A DNA stretch of 64,000 nucleotides from an uncultured Spirochaetota bacterium (GTDB lineage Bacteria > Spirochaetota > Spirochaetia > SZUA-6 > Fen-1364). A program made the position numbers and the translations under genes. The DNA lies in assembly GCA_963820435.1 (NCBI GenBank), contig CAWGAC010000008.1, positions 6,497 to 70,496 on the forward strand. Direction: 5' to 3'. The notes under the pieces were generated by a model that was given only the letters and a program-made list of their open reading frames with translations, did not search any database and had not been told where the DNA came from. Positions 12,189-20,522 of this stretch are shown one piece after another (position 1 is the stretch's first letter; each line of letters starts with the position of its first letter).

Positions 12189-12988
12189 GGCCGCCCTCCC
12201 GCGCCCTCGTTGCGCGTTGAGCAAGTGAGTTGATGGCTTTTCTCGGCAAGTACATCGCGCGAAGTTCGATACTCGTCTTTGCCCGGGCAGCCGGAGGCTA
12301 ACGCCTCCGCACGGTCCGCTAAGTCCTCCCGCTTCGGCTGCACGTCTCTGACGAGGACGCCGAAGAGGGAAATGTCGGTCGGATCGTATAAATAGCGACT
12401 CGCCGCGCTCTGATATCGCCGGAACCATTCCCTTCCGTTGGCATGGTGGCCGAGGTATCTCAAAAGGGAATCCTTGACGTCCGTCAAGTCGCGAAGATTC
12501 TCCAACTGCCTTTTCAAGCCATGACGCCCAGCCATCACGCCCGGCGGCCATCTTTCTTCCTCGGACGTTTTCACCTCACCGAATGCGAAGCGGTGGGAGT
12601 GAGATACTGCGTCAGTTCTCTGAAACCCAACTAGGTCTGTTCCCGCTGGACTGGCGGAAGGATTCTTCAAATCGCGCCCTGAAGGCCAAGGGAACTCGCA
12701 TTGCCGATGCTCGACAAGGAACGCCTCTGCAAGGCCCTCCCCAACACGCCAGCTCTCCGGGGCGTTCCGGTCCCGCAGGATGCGTTTAAAACTCTCGTCA
12801 GAGAAATCCGTAGTGACGAGACTCGCAATAATAGCCTGAAGGTCAGCCGTTCCGGCGTCATCCCATAAAATCTTCGAAACGGAGCCGCCTAACGCGGCAT
12901 CAAGCTCCGTATCCGTAAAGGTCGCCCCTCTCGCAGTCACTGGCAAGACATCCGCAGTGTAGCATTCGGTTCCGACCGCTATGCTCAA
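12175..12988 (-). CDS. HamA/DUF1837-like PD-(D/E)xK nuclease (frameshift near 12290)
   Basis: GEGLAEAFL...GTDLVGF...FAFGEVKTS nuclease-type motif directly upstream of, and overlapping, the helicase. The restored C-terminus KTSIELRAMYLP...GHGKN* ends at 12175. Confidence 0.6.
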
Positions 12989-13600
12989 ACGGGCTCCTCC
13001 CTGAACAGTTCTTCCTTCAGTTCACCATATCACAAATCAGCCCTTGCTGCTTCAACCATAGATCTCTTCTATGTCAACCCTTACATAGACAGCACGATCT
13101 CGCAGCCTGGCTTCTGGGCCAAGGCTACCGAACTGGGCTAGCCAACGTTCACGTTGTCCGCGTCAAAAGATCGTCATCAGTATCACCAGCCGACCCTTCG
13201 CGAGACGCCTCCTGCTCTTTGGTGATGGCCTCGTAAGTGTGCGCGTCAGAGTAGTTGCCGACGGCGTCCATCAGCGGATGGACGGCGGAATTTTAGTGCC
13301 AATCAGGATCGAGCAGGTGCGCCTCCCGCCTGGCGAACTATGCCTTAGAAGACACGTATCCAATACCTCCCTGTCTTGGACAGTGCTGCCATGGCTGAGG
13401 AGGAACTTCCTCTTATTTGGTTTGCCTCTATCCTAATTCTTGAGTCGAGCCTCATCAAGGCGAAGTTCGCCGCCCGCGTTGATAAACTGAACGAAGCAAG
13501 CCCATCGTCGGCGAGACGTGCTCATGTTCTTCGCTCTAAGGTTGCCCCGCCCCATGCGACCTTGACCTTCCCACATAGGGAAACCCAGAAGACCGGAATG

Positions 13601-13990
13601 TCGAGGCGGCGCGCAACGTGGTCCTCTACGATCCCGACTCTCACCTGGCGGGCTACCACAGGAACCTTGTGAAGGCGGGAATGCAGCCCCTGGAGGCGAC
13701 CAAGAGGGTGGCACGAGCCCTTGTCCGTGTGATCTTTCGTGAGCTTTCTGCCCTCAATGAATCGAAGGCAAACGATTTGGACCAAAAGAGACAGAAAGAG
13801 GGAGAAGGCGATATGGCTAGCGGTGTTACCCGCGGCGATCAAGGTCGCAAAAGCAACATATCGCCCTCGTCCCTAAGATCTAATAAATCGAAGAGTACCA
13901 AGAAGGTCAAGAACGGCAAGGCTCAGGATGGGAGAACAAATGGGGGGAGGAAAAAAACAAGCGGTCACGAATAAAACTGCTTGACATGTC
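13601..13990 (+). mobile_element. IS110-family transposase remnant (3' part and right end only)
   Basis: EAARNVVLYDPDSHLAGYHRNLVKAGMQPLEATKRVARALVRVIFREL resembles the IS110 C-terminus. CTTGACA (13980-13986) lies just after the stop. No N-terminal DEDD domain is present. Confidence 0.55.
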
Positions 13991-14022
13991 TAAAACAATC
14001 TGCAGCGATTTGTTATACGCGC

Positions 14023-14578
14023 TCAATTCTTTTTTGAAATCCACACGTAGCTCTCATATTCCTTAATTTTTCTTTCAAGTCTCCTTGCAAGGTATTTACT
14101 GCGGGACTTGAGAGCCTTCAATATGCTTTTTGCCTCTTCGCGGTACACCTGTATTTTCTCGTCCGTCCAGTGGGAAGGCGGATGTCCAAGGTTGACAATT
14201 CGATCTGCCATTTTGACCATTCCAATCTCAGGCGGTTCTTTAAGAACTCGATCCAGGCTGTCAGCCATAGCGGCAGCTTTTGATAGTCCTTTTTTCTTTG
14301 TTAGCGCTGAGACGCCCAAATAGACCTCTCGTCCGAACGCTTCCTGGACTTCCACGGGCTTTATGCTGGTATCCTCCAAGGTGTCATGTAGAAGTGCACA
14401 CGCTATTGCCAATTCCGCCTTGGCCTTGGAATGGTATTGAAGGGCTGCAATAACTTCGCCGCACACAGCCGCCAAATGCACTGCATACCCATACGGGTTG
14501 CCAGGAACCTTTTGGTTCTTGTGCGCAATGGCACCGAAATTCAAGTGCTTTCCTATAGACCTCTATTGACCAAGCCAT
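14023..14578 (-). CDS. HD-domain small alarmone hydrolase (Mesh1/SAH-like), frameshift near 14540
   Basis: AHKNQKVPG.PY..H, LLHDTLED and VKMADRIVNL motifs. The N-terminus MAWSIEVYRKALEF lies in the neighbouring frame. Confidence 0.8.
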
Positions 14579-14675
14579 GGCTGCGCCGGCCTCATGGATT
14601 CACAATGCACTCTTTGACGGACTGACGCAAGCGGGCTCACGTCGGCTTGTTTCCTGGCTTATTGGGCCGTTAAGT

Positions 14676-15140
14676 TCACGCGCTGTCCAGGGCTTCCTCG
14701 GACGGTCGGGCATAAAGGGCGGACGATCGACCCGGCTCGGAGGCGGGTTCTCGCTGGTCAAGGCAGTCGGCGTCTGGGATGATGGCGCTCCCTTCCGCCA
14801 CGGACCTCGTGGACAATTCTGTGTTGAAGTCCGAATTGAATTGTGGATCCCTTCTCGTTTTTTCTTGGGCACGTTTAAAGTGGGCTTCCGCGGCGGATGC
14901 AGCCTCCGTTGGAATAGCCTGCGCAGCCTGCGCACGGGCCATTGGTGCGCCCTCGGGCAGTTCGCCGGTCTTCAGTACGGGGATGGCCCCTTCGGTCGGT
15001 TCTGGTCGATTTTCGCTTTCAGACTTTTCCCTGAAATACCGCCTGGCTCGGTCGGCCCTGCGGAGGGTCGTTCCTGACGTCGTAGGCGACGTCTCATTTG
15101 GGCGCTCTTGGGCCATAGTTGAACTACTGCAAATCATCAA
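14676..15140 (-). CDS. Hypothetical low-complexity protein
   Basis: 154-aa ORF co-oriented with the island backbone; no family recognised. Confidence 0.35.
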   Translation of the reverse strand: MMICSSSTMAQERPNETSPTTSGTTLRRADRARRYFREKSESENRPEPTEGAIPVLKTGELPEGAPMARAQAAQAIPTEAASAAEAHFKRAQEKTRRDPQFNSDFNTELSTRSVAEGSAIIPDADCLDQREPASEPGRSSALYARPSEEALDSA

Positions 15141-15171
15141 GGGGACGTCTTGGCCCGGCTCGGAGGCGCGT

Positions 15172-15828
15172 TCAGAATCTACACTTCAAAATCCAACAGG
15201 CCTTTTGGACGTCACCAAACTCCTTGTAGCGCTTGCACCATTTTGCGACCGTGCCCTTGCTTACGCCGATGGCACGCGCAGTCTGACGCTGTGAGGGCCA
15301 CACTTTGAAAATAAAGTCTGGATGGTAAGTTGAGGGCCGACCACGCCTTCGCTCCCTCCTTATCGAACTACTATTACGCGCGTATTCTGGGTTCATAACT
15401 ACCCGCCGCCGTCTATAGCGACGAGGTGGAAAACGATCTGGGTAATGCCTCAGGAGGTCTTGGATGAAGCGAAACATCATGTAGAACTCCTTGTGTCGGC
15501 GGCGCCAGCGTAACGCTGTTGTTTTATCAATTTTGAAACTATCGAGTGCTTTTAGCCAAGCCCCTCCCGTATTTGCCCAGCGACAACAAATGTCGATCGC
15601 CAGCTCCCTGGAGTAGCGCGATGGCCTTCCGCCCGGGTGCTTAACTTTTGGGATGCCGAGGGCGTCTACGAAATATGACCTCCGGAGATAGACTTCTTCT
15701 ATGAAGAGTGGCGCGCACTTCTCCAAGTTCAGTCGTTCGGGGTCGGGCGGCACACGCTGAAGCCACTCGCGCAGCGTCAACCTCTCCCCTTCATACGCGG
15801 CCCACCATTCGTATCCCCAAGTGCTCAT
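15172..15828 (-). CDS. Terminase-small-subunit-like protein with two tandem HTH units
   Basis: GGRPSRYSRELAIDIC...TALRWRRRHKEF and GRPSTY...TARAIGVSKGTVAKWCKRYKEF both match the GRP(S/T)xY...T...W...HxEF pattern of phage TerS/DNA-packaging HTH domains. Confidence 0.55.
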   Translation of the reverse strand: MSTWGYEWWAAYEGERLTLREWLQRVPPDPERLNLEKCAPLFIEEVYLRRSYFVDALGIPKVKHPGGRPSRYSRELAIDICCRWANTGGAWLKALDSFKIDKTTALRWRRRHKEFYMMFRFIQDLLRHYPDRFPPRRYRRRRVVMNPEYARNSSSIRRERRRGRPSTYHPDFIFKVWPSQRQTARAIGVSKGTVAKWCKRYKEFGDVQKACWILKCRF

Positions 15829-15980
15829 AGAACCACCGAACAACCCGGTTCTCGTTTTTGCCGAGCGCGACCATTGCCGGTTGCCGTTACGAGTCCTGGA
15901 CCTCGGTCAGCCGCTTTTTCGGCTCTTCGCGGAGAAGACGAGAGGAGACTAGGACCGGTCAGTAAGTAAGGGTCACCCAT
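15825..15980 (-). CDS. Small hypothetical protein (51 aa)
   Basis: ATG preceded by a GGGAGGT RBS; its stop overlaps the terS-like start (ATGA). Confidence 0.3.
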   Translation of the reverse strand: MGDPYLLTGPSLLSSSPRRAEKAADRGPGLVTATGNGRARQKREPGCSVVL

Positions 15981-16021
15981 CGGCTACCTCCCTCTCTTCA
16001 CACCGTCGCTGTTGAACCTCC

Positions 16022-16520
16022 TCACATTGAATGAGGCGCGGGTCTGGAGAATCTATAGGACTCGCTCCATTGCTCCTCGAGCAGGCTGTATGGCTTCCCC
16101 GTCGACACTCGCCGCGCCTCAGCATGTTCCTCCGTCATTTGTTCATCAGAGAGTCGCTCCAGAACTGCTTTTGCTATGATTGCGAGCACCGAAGGATGAA
16201 ATGGCTCGTCATGGCCCGCTGCCTTCATTTGTGTGATTGCTTTCCCATTCACAACGCGAGCCCATTTGGAAAAATCCTTGCCATCCTCGTCGAAGAAGAA
16301 TCGCGCCTTGTCAGGTTTCTGCTCTAGGCAAGCTTCCCAAGCCTTCTCAACTATTTTCGGACCTTCAGCTGCTGCGAGGATTCTCTCGCCCTTTGCCCAG
16401 AAGTCAGGCGGCATTCGATTGATGTCGACGCGTGCCTTCTCTGCGGCTTTTTCCATCTTTGTCCGAAGAGATGAGGGGAATGAACTATTCTGGGAAGCCT
16501 GGTCTCGAGCCACCTCCGAA
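16022..16520 (-). CDS. Hypothetical protein, probably the C-terminal half of the IS-interrupted replication protein
   Basis: Begins immediately at the IS left junction and has no RBS of its own. Joining across the empty site with a 4-bp duplication is off by one base, so the join is inferred. Confidence 0.45.
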
Positions 16521-16530
16521 CTAGCTAGAG

Positions 16531-16932
16531 TTAGTCGGGTAATTTCTGGCTTTTCAGTGCGCGCTTTCCCTGAGCGCGCGCAGCTGACGCCTTGCGTGTT
16601 GGGGACGGCAGTTCCTTGAGAAGGCGATCGGTGGCGCGCAACGACAGCCGCTCCATCTGAGCGATGATTTTGTCCATTTCGCGGCCGGTGGCAATCCAGC
16701 CTGCGAGAAGGTCGGCCTGTTCATGGGTCAGGCGGACGGTAACAGTCTTGCCAGCGACCTTGCGGGTCCACTGATAATAGGGACCGTGGAGGCGAGGTGG
16801 AGAAGCCTGGCAGGCGCAGCCGGGCTTGCCGCAGGGCATGAAGCGTTTCAGCAGGGTGCCGCGGCGAAAGTAGCCCAGGTGGCTGAGGGCGCGCTGAAGG
16901 TCTTGGTAGTGCTGTGCAGGAGTGTTGTTCAT
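16531..16932 (-). CDS. DUF6788-like IS-associated protein
   Basis: RRGTL...CGKPGCAC...HGPYYQWTRKVAGKTVTVRL pattern; the stop lies inside the left inverted repeat. Confidence 0.7.
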   Translation of the reverse strand: MNNTPAQHYQDLQRALSHLGYFRRGTLLKRFMPCGKPGCACQASPPRLHGPYYQWTRKVAGKTVTVRLTHEQADLLAGWIATGREMDKIIAQMERLSLRATDRLLKELPSPTRKASAARAQGKRALKSQKLPD

Positions 16933-16943
16933 AGGCATAGAGC

Positions 16944-16971
16944 TTGACAGAAATCCATCTACAGTTAAAAT
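16944..16971 (+). promoter_or_regulatory. Sigma70-type promoter for the transposase
   Basis: TTGACA-16 bp-TAAAAT, 45 bp upstream of the transposase ATG. Confidence 0.55.
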
Positions 16972-17015
16972 ACTGATAGACATGTTCTCCGTCAAGCCTC
17001 AGGAGGTCAAGGTCC

Positions 17016-18407
17016 ATGAACATTACATCCGGCCCTTCCAGCCGGCAAGGCGATCTTCTGCCCCGATCCAAGCGCCCGACCATTCTCCTTGCGCAGGACC
17101 ACCGACTGGTCCATCTGACCGACACCCTGGAGTGGAGCGAATTGGAGCAACGAGCCCAGCAGGTTCGAGCTCAAAAACTCAAAAACGCCGCTGGGCGGCC
17201 GCCGCACTTGCGTGCCTCCTTGGGTGCCATGCTGCTGATGGCCACCCGCAAGCTAACCTACCGGGAGGCCGAGGACCTTATCCGCTACTACGCCCCCGCG
17301 CGGTACTTGTGCGGGCTGACCGAAACGCAGTGGACCCCGGACTTCACCACCATCCAGGACTTCACCCAGCTCATGGGCGAGGAAGGGATCAAACTCATCA
17401 ATCAATACGTGGTGCAAATGGCGGTGAAACAGAAGTTGGCGGACCCCAGGACTGCGGTCGCCGACACGACTGCGCAGGAAGCGGCGATCCCCTATCCCAA
17501 CGAGATGGGGCTCATGACTGGCTTCCTGACCTCGGTGGCAAGTGCAGCCCGGAAGCTCGGCCGAGGGCTGAAGGGATTTGTGGAGCAGACGGCCGGTCGA
17601 TTCAAAGCGGCCAGGCAGAAAGCGCGAGAATACCGCCTGTTTGCCAAGACCAAGGAGAGCAAGGATCGGGTGATGGGCCAGATGGCCAGCATCGTCGAGA
17701 AGTTGAACGAGAATCTGGAGGAGGCGTTGGGCGCCCCTGCCGCACAACAAGCAAAGCTACGCAAACAGGCGATCGTGGCCAAGAGCAAGCTGGTGCAGTT
17801 GCGCGAAACGATGAGCAAACTGCTGCCGCAGATCCGCTACTGGATTCGCACGGGCTACGTGGCGAGCGGCAAGATTATCAGCCTGCATATCCCGCAACTC
17901 TACAGCATCGTGCGCGGCAAAGTGGGCAAGACGGTGGAGTTTGGGCTGAGCTGGGGCATCACGCGACTGTCGGGTGGCTACCTATTGGCCACGCTGGCCC
18001 AGGATCGCCACGAGTTGCAGGATACGAAGTTCGCAGTGCGAGCGGTCAAGGACCACATCGCGTTATTTGGCGAGGCGCCGCTGGCCTACGCCTACGATCG
18101 CGGTGGATACAGCGCACAGAATGTCTCCCACTTGAAGAAGCTGGGGGTCAAGGAGGTGGGACTGGCCCCCCGCGGACGTACACAGTGGTCTGTGAGCGGG
18201 GCGGTTCGCGTCCGGCTGGTCAGGGAGAGGGCAATGGTGGAGGCGGGTATCGGAACCATCAAGGGCTCGAGGTATGGATTCAACCGTCCCTCTGCACGCT
18301 CTGCCCCTATGATGGGCGCCTGTGGGCAGCGCGCGGTGTTGGGATTCAACGCCACCAAGCTTGTGCGCGAATTGGCAGGGCGCAAAGCCATTACACTGAG
18401 CGGCTAA
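17016..18407 (+). CDS. IS5-family DDE transposase
   Basis: N-terminal DUF772-like region; ADTTAQEAAIPYP (first D), GKTVEFG, AYDRGGY (second D) and RAMVEAGIG (E). Intact 463-aa ORF. Confidence 0.85.
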   Translation: MNITSGPSSRQGDLLPRSKRPTILLAQDHRLVHLTDTLEWSELEQRAQQVRAQKLKNAAGRPPHLRASLGAMLLMATRKLTYREAEDLIRYYAPARYLCGLTETQWTPDFTTIQDFTQLMGEEGIKLINQYVVQMAVKQKLADPRTAVADTTAQEAAIPYPNEMGLMTGFLTSVASAARKLGRGLKGFVEQTAGRFKAARQKAREYRLFAKTKESKDRVMGQMASIVEKLNENLEEALGAPAAQQAKLRKQAIVAKSKLVQLRETMSKLLPQIRYWIRTGYVASGKIISLHIPQLYSIVRGKVGKTVEFGLSWGITRLSGGYLLATLAQDRHELQDTKFAVRAVKDHIALFGEAPLAYAYDRGGYSAQNVSHLKKLGVKEVGLAPRGRTQWSVSGAVRVRLVRERAMVEAGIGTIKGSRYGFNRPSARSAPMMGACGQRAVLGFNATKLVRELAGRKAITLSG

Positions 18408-18552
18408 CGACGGGGCGCCAAGCGACGAGGCTGACAGTGTACCCGTGGGGGGTACGCCTGGAAAACACCGAGCACACCAGAGGGCGCGACATGAGCCCGC
18501 TGACCGCCGCACACCGAGCGGACGGGCGTCTGAATTACCCGACAAGCTGTAG

Positions 18553-19066
18553 CTAGTTCGTGAAGAGCCCCTTCCTTGATTGGCTTTGGTTCAGAGGGTT
18601 CTAGTTTGGGTGACCGTAAGTCACTACCCGTAGTGAACGGAGGACACCATGGTAGTGGCTGTGTGTCACTACCTTGCTCGGTCTGTGGTAGGGGTGGTGA
18701 CGGTAGTGCACTACCCCTGAATTTCCGCCTGCGCACGATCTTGTAGCAATTCGATGTGGGATCACCTTTCTTGTCGTGCCTCGGCCTCTTAATTATGTGC
18801 CCGCGTGCTTCTAGTTTTTTTACTGCCCGAATGGCCGACCTGCGGGAACATCCTGATTCCACAGCTATTGTGGCGAAACTCGGAAACGAGTTATCGTCGT
18901 TCCTACCTGCATGATAGGCCAGGCACCAAATGACGGCACGGTCTATAGGCCTGAGCGAGGCGTCCAGAAACCAGTCATCTTCGAGTTGGGTGAAGGCGTG
19001 TTTGCATCGAACTCTTAGAGAATCCCCTTCGGGCGGTTGGGCCTGCGCGTCTCTATTGCTGGACAT
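18553..19066 (-). CDS. Phage-type replication initiator, N-terminal winged-HTH part (interrupted by the IS)
   Basis: FPSFATIAVESGCSRRSAIRAVKKLEARGHI (HTH_36-like), then SNCY and a GS-P-rich linker typical of lambda-O-like initiators. The predicted ORF runs into the IS after KEGALHE. Confidence 0.65.
18621..18715. repeat. Array of six CACTACC/GGTAGTG heptamers in three inverted pairs (candidate origin iterons)
   Basis: CACTACC at 18622, 18667 and 18709; GGTAGTG at 18651 and 18702; CGTAGTG at 18629. Includes the inverted repeat TCACTAC-CC-GTAGTGA and the perfect palindrome GGTAGTGCACTACC. Confidence 0.8.
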
Positions 19067-19083
19067 CGGCAGCCACTCGATCG

Positions 19084-19311
19084 CTAACCGAGGAATTCAA
19101 AGCCGTCATGCTTAAGACCCGGCCGTTCGACAGTGCAAGAGCGGGGTCGAACTGAGCTCTTTTCGTCCTTCCAACTCTCGGTCTGGGCGGCGGAAGCATC
19201 ACGGCTCCCGTTTTGGATTCCAACTTTCAGCGCATCAAGGATCGGAAAGCCAATGACCTCGCGTACCGCCAAGCACGAGCCTCTCGTTGGGGTTCGCTGT
19301 CTGTCACTCAT
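19084..19311 (-). CDS. Small hypothetical protein
   Basis: 75-aa ORF whose start overlaps the end of the upstream ORF in a tightly packed same-strand run. Confidence 0.35.
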   Translation of the reverse strand: MSDRQRTPTRGSCLAVREVIGFPILDALKVGIQNGSRDASAAQTESWKDEKSSVRPRSCTVERPGLKHDGFEFLG

Positions 19312-19486
19312 CCCGCCCTTTTTGCTCTGGCTGCATTTTTGATGTCAGGGTTCGTTCGACCCTGGACAGTTTTCCCCCATGGAGAACGAGCTTTACCGCA
19401 ACTTCGCCGAATTGGGTAAGGCGGGCCTGTTCCTCCAGCCACGAGACCGCTCGTTCGATTTCGGCTATCAGTTTTTCATCGCTCAC
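19304..19486 (-). CDS. DUF2292/YezD-like small protein
   Basis: QFGEVAVKLVLHGGKLSRVER pattern; overlaps the end of the xis-like gene. Confidence 0.55.
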   Translation of the reverse strand: MSDEKLIAEIERAVSWLEEQARLTQFGEVAVKLVLHGGKLSRVERTLTSKMQPEQKGRDE

Positions 19487-19673
19487 GGGCGCGTGGCTCC
19501 ACTCTGCGGCTTTCCACCCAGTGTCGTAGTCGCTCGGGCTCGAAACGCACGAGCTTTGAACCTAACTTTAGGTAGGGCAGTTTACCCAATGAAACGTAGC
19601 GGCGGAGCGTGTGCTCAGAAAGTCCCAAGAAGTCCGCAGCCGCCCCATAGTCAAGTAGTCCAACGCTTTCCAT
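19476..19673 (-). CDS. Excisionase / HTH_17 (AlpA-like) DNA-binding protein
   Basis: LLDYGAAADFLGLSEHTLRRYVSLGKLPYLKLGSKLVRF..ERLRHWV; GGGAGG RBS before the ATG. Confidence 0.8.
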   Translation of the reverse strand: MESVGLLDYGAAADFLGLSEHTLRRYVSLGKLPYLKLGSKLVRFEPERLRHWVESRRVEPRARER

Positions 19674-19783
19674 GTCGCTGGTCCTCCCACATCTAAATGG
19701 TAGGCCAGTGGAGCGCACTCCGGATAAGGATAAGAATTGTAGATCTACGCGGTGTATTTCTATCCTGTTCTAATCTGACTGCG

Positions 19784-20512
19784 TCAGTTTTCGGCTGGTC
19801 TGCGTGCTTTTGGCCGAGAAAGTACGCCTTTGATTGTCTGTGCCAGAGCGTCTCGACTCCGGATGGGAGTCTGATTCTCAAGGGTCATTGCCACCATATT
19901 CAAGAAAGGCCCTTCGAAGTGACCAATATAGTCGTTCCAGTACACAGTTCCTTTCCCGCCTGATGCTCGGTAAATACTATAGAGTTTCGCGATGTACCAT
20001 TTGACATCGTAGTCCGGCCTGCGGCCGGATTTCCGTTTCGGCAGTTTTTCGAGTCTATCCTCCGCGAAGCCTGTCCACAACCCAAGACGTCGAATCAGGT
20101 CGCTGCAATCCTCGAGTAATGGAAGTAACGGCAGCGGTTTCTTCGAGGCCCGGCCCTTACCGTCTAATTTTAGAAACTTACTGACTTCCTGAATGAAAGA
20201 GCGATCCGGTCGCAACACAGCCATCTCTGCGGCCCTACCACCGAACAGGAGCCCGACGTCGCGAAGTATAAGGCCATTGATACGGCGTAGCGTTTCACTG
20301 CAGCGACGACAGTCTTTTGCGAGTGTTATCCATAGTCTTCGCGTTTTCTTGTCAGTGTGCGACGGCGCCCACTTTGCCAAAAGGAAGAGGGTGTGATTCA
20401 CTAAGAATTTGGCTGCTTGCAAAGGGGGCAGATCAATGCCCGCTGCTTTCGCTATCCTGACAAATGGATCGTAGTTGGGCCAGGCAGGAGGCTTCCGCTT
20501 TCGGTCAGCCAT
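19784..20512 (-). CDS. Hypothetical protein between integrase and excisionase
   Basis: 242-aa ORF with a GGAG RBS, 10 bp after the integrase stop. The C-terminal GRRP...LYSIY...GPF motif is reminiscent of integrative-element genes. Confidence 0.65.
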   Translation of the reverse strand: MADRKRKPPAWPNYDPFVRIAKAAGIDLPPLQAAKFLVNHTLFLLAKWAPSHTDKKTRRLWITLAKDCRRCSETLRRINGLILRDVGLLFGGRAAEMAVLRPDRSFIQEVSKFLKLDGKGRASKKPLPLLPLLEDCSDLIRRLGLWTGFAEDRLEKLPKRKSGRRPDYDVKWYIAKLYSIYRASGGKGTVYWNDYIGHFEGPFLNMVAMTLENQTPIRSRDALAQTIKGVLSRPKARRPAEN

Positions 20513-20522
20513 GGCAGACTCC

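Larger units (their letters stand above)
16525..18552 (+). mobile_element. Complete IS5-family insertion sequence (2,028 bp) with passenger gene
   Basis: 20-bp terminal inverted repeats CTAGAGTTAGTCGGGTAATT (16525-16544) and AATTACCCGACAAGCTGTAG (18533-18552) with 3 mismatches. Flanking CTAG duplication at 16521-16524 and 18553-18556. Confidence 0.85.

Noticed and set aside
12189-12551. 121-aa N-terminal extension of the helicase in the ORF track
   Set aside because: It overlaps the HamA-like gene; the real start is MARTDMV at 12188 with a GGAGGG RBS.
13140-13390. Minus-strand fragment (…LMDAVGNYSDAHTYEAITKEQE…) upstream of the HamA-like gene
   Set aside because: It is short, contains an in-frame stop and matches no recognisable family; possibly a gene remnant but unsupportable.
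18404-18552. C-terminal tail of ORF 18404-19066
   Set aside because: It is read-through into the IS right end, not part of the native protein.
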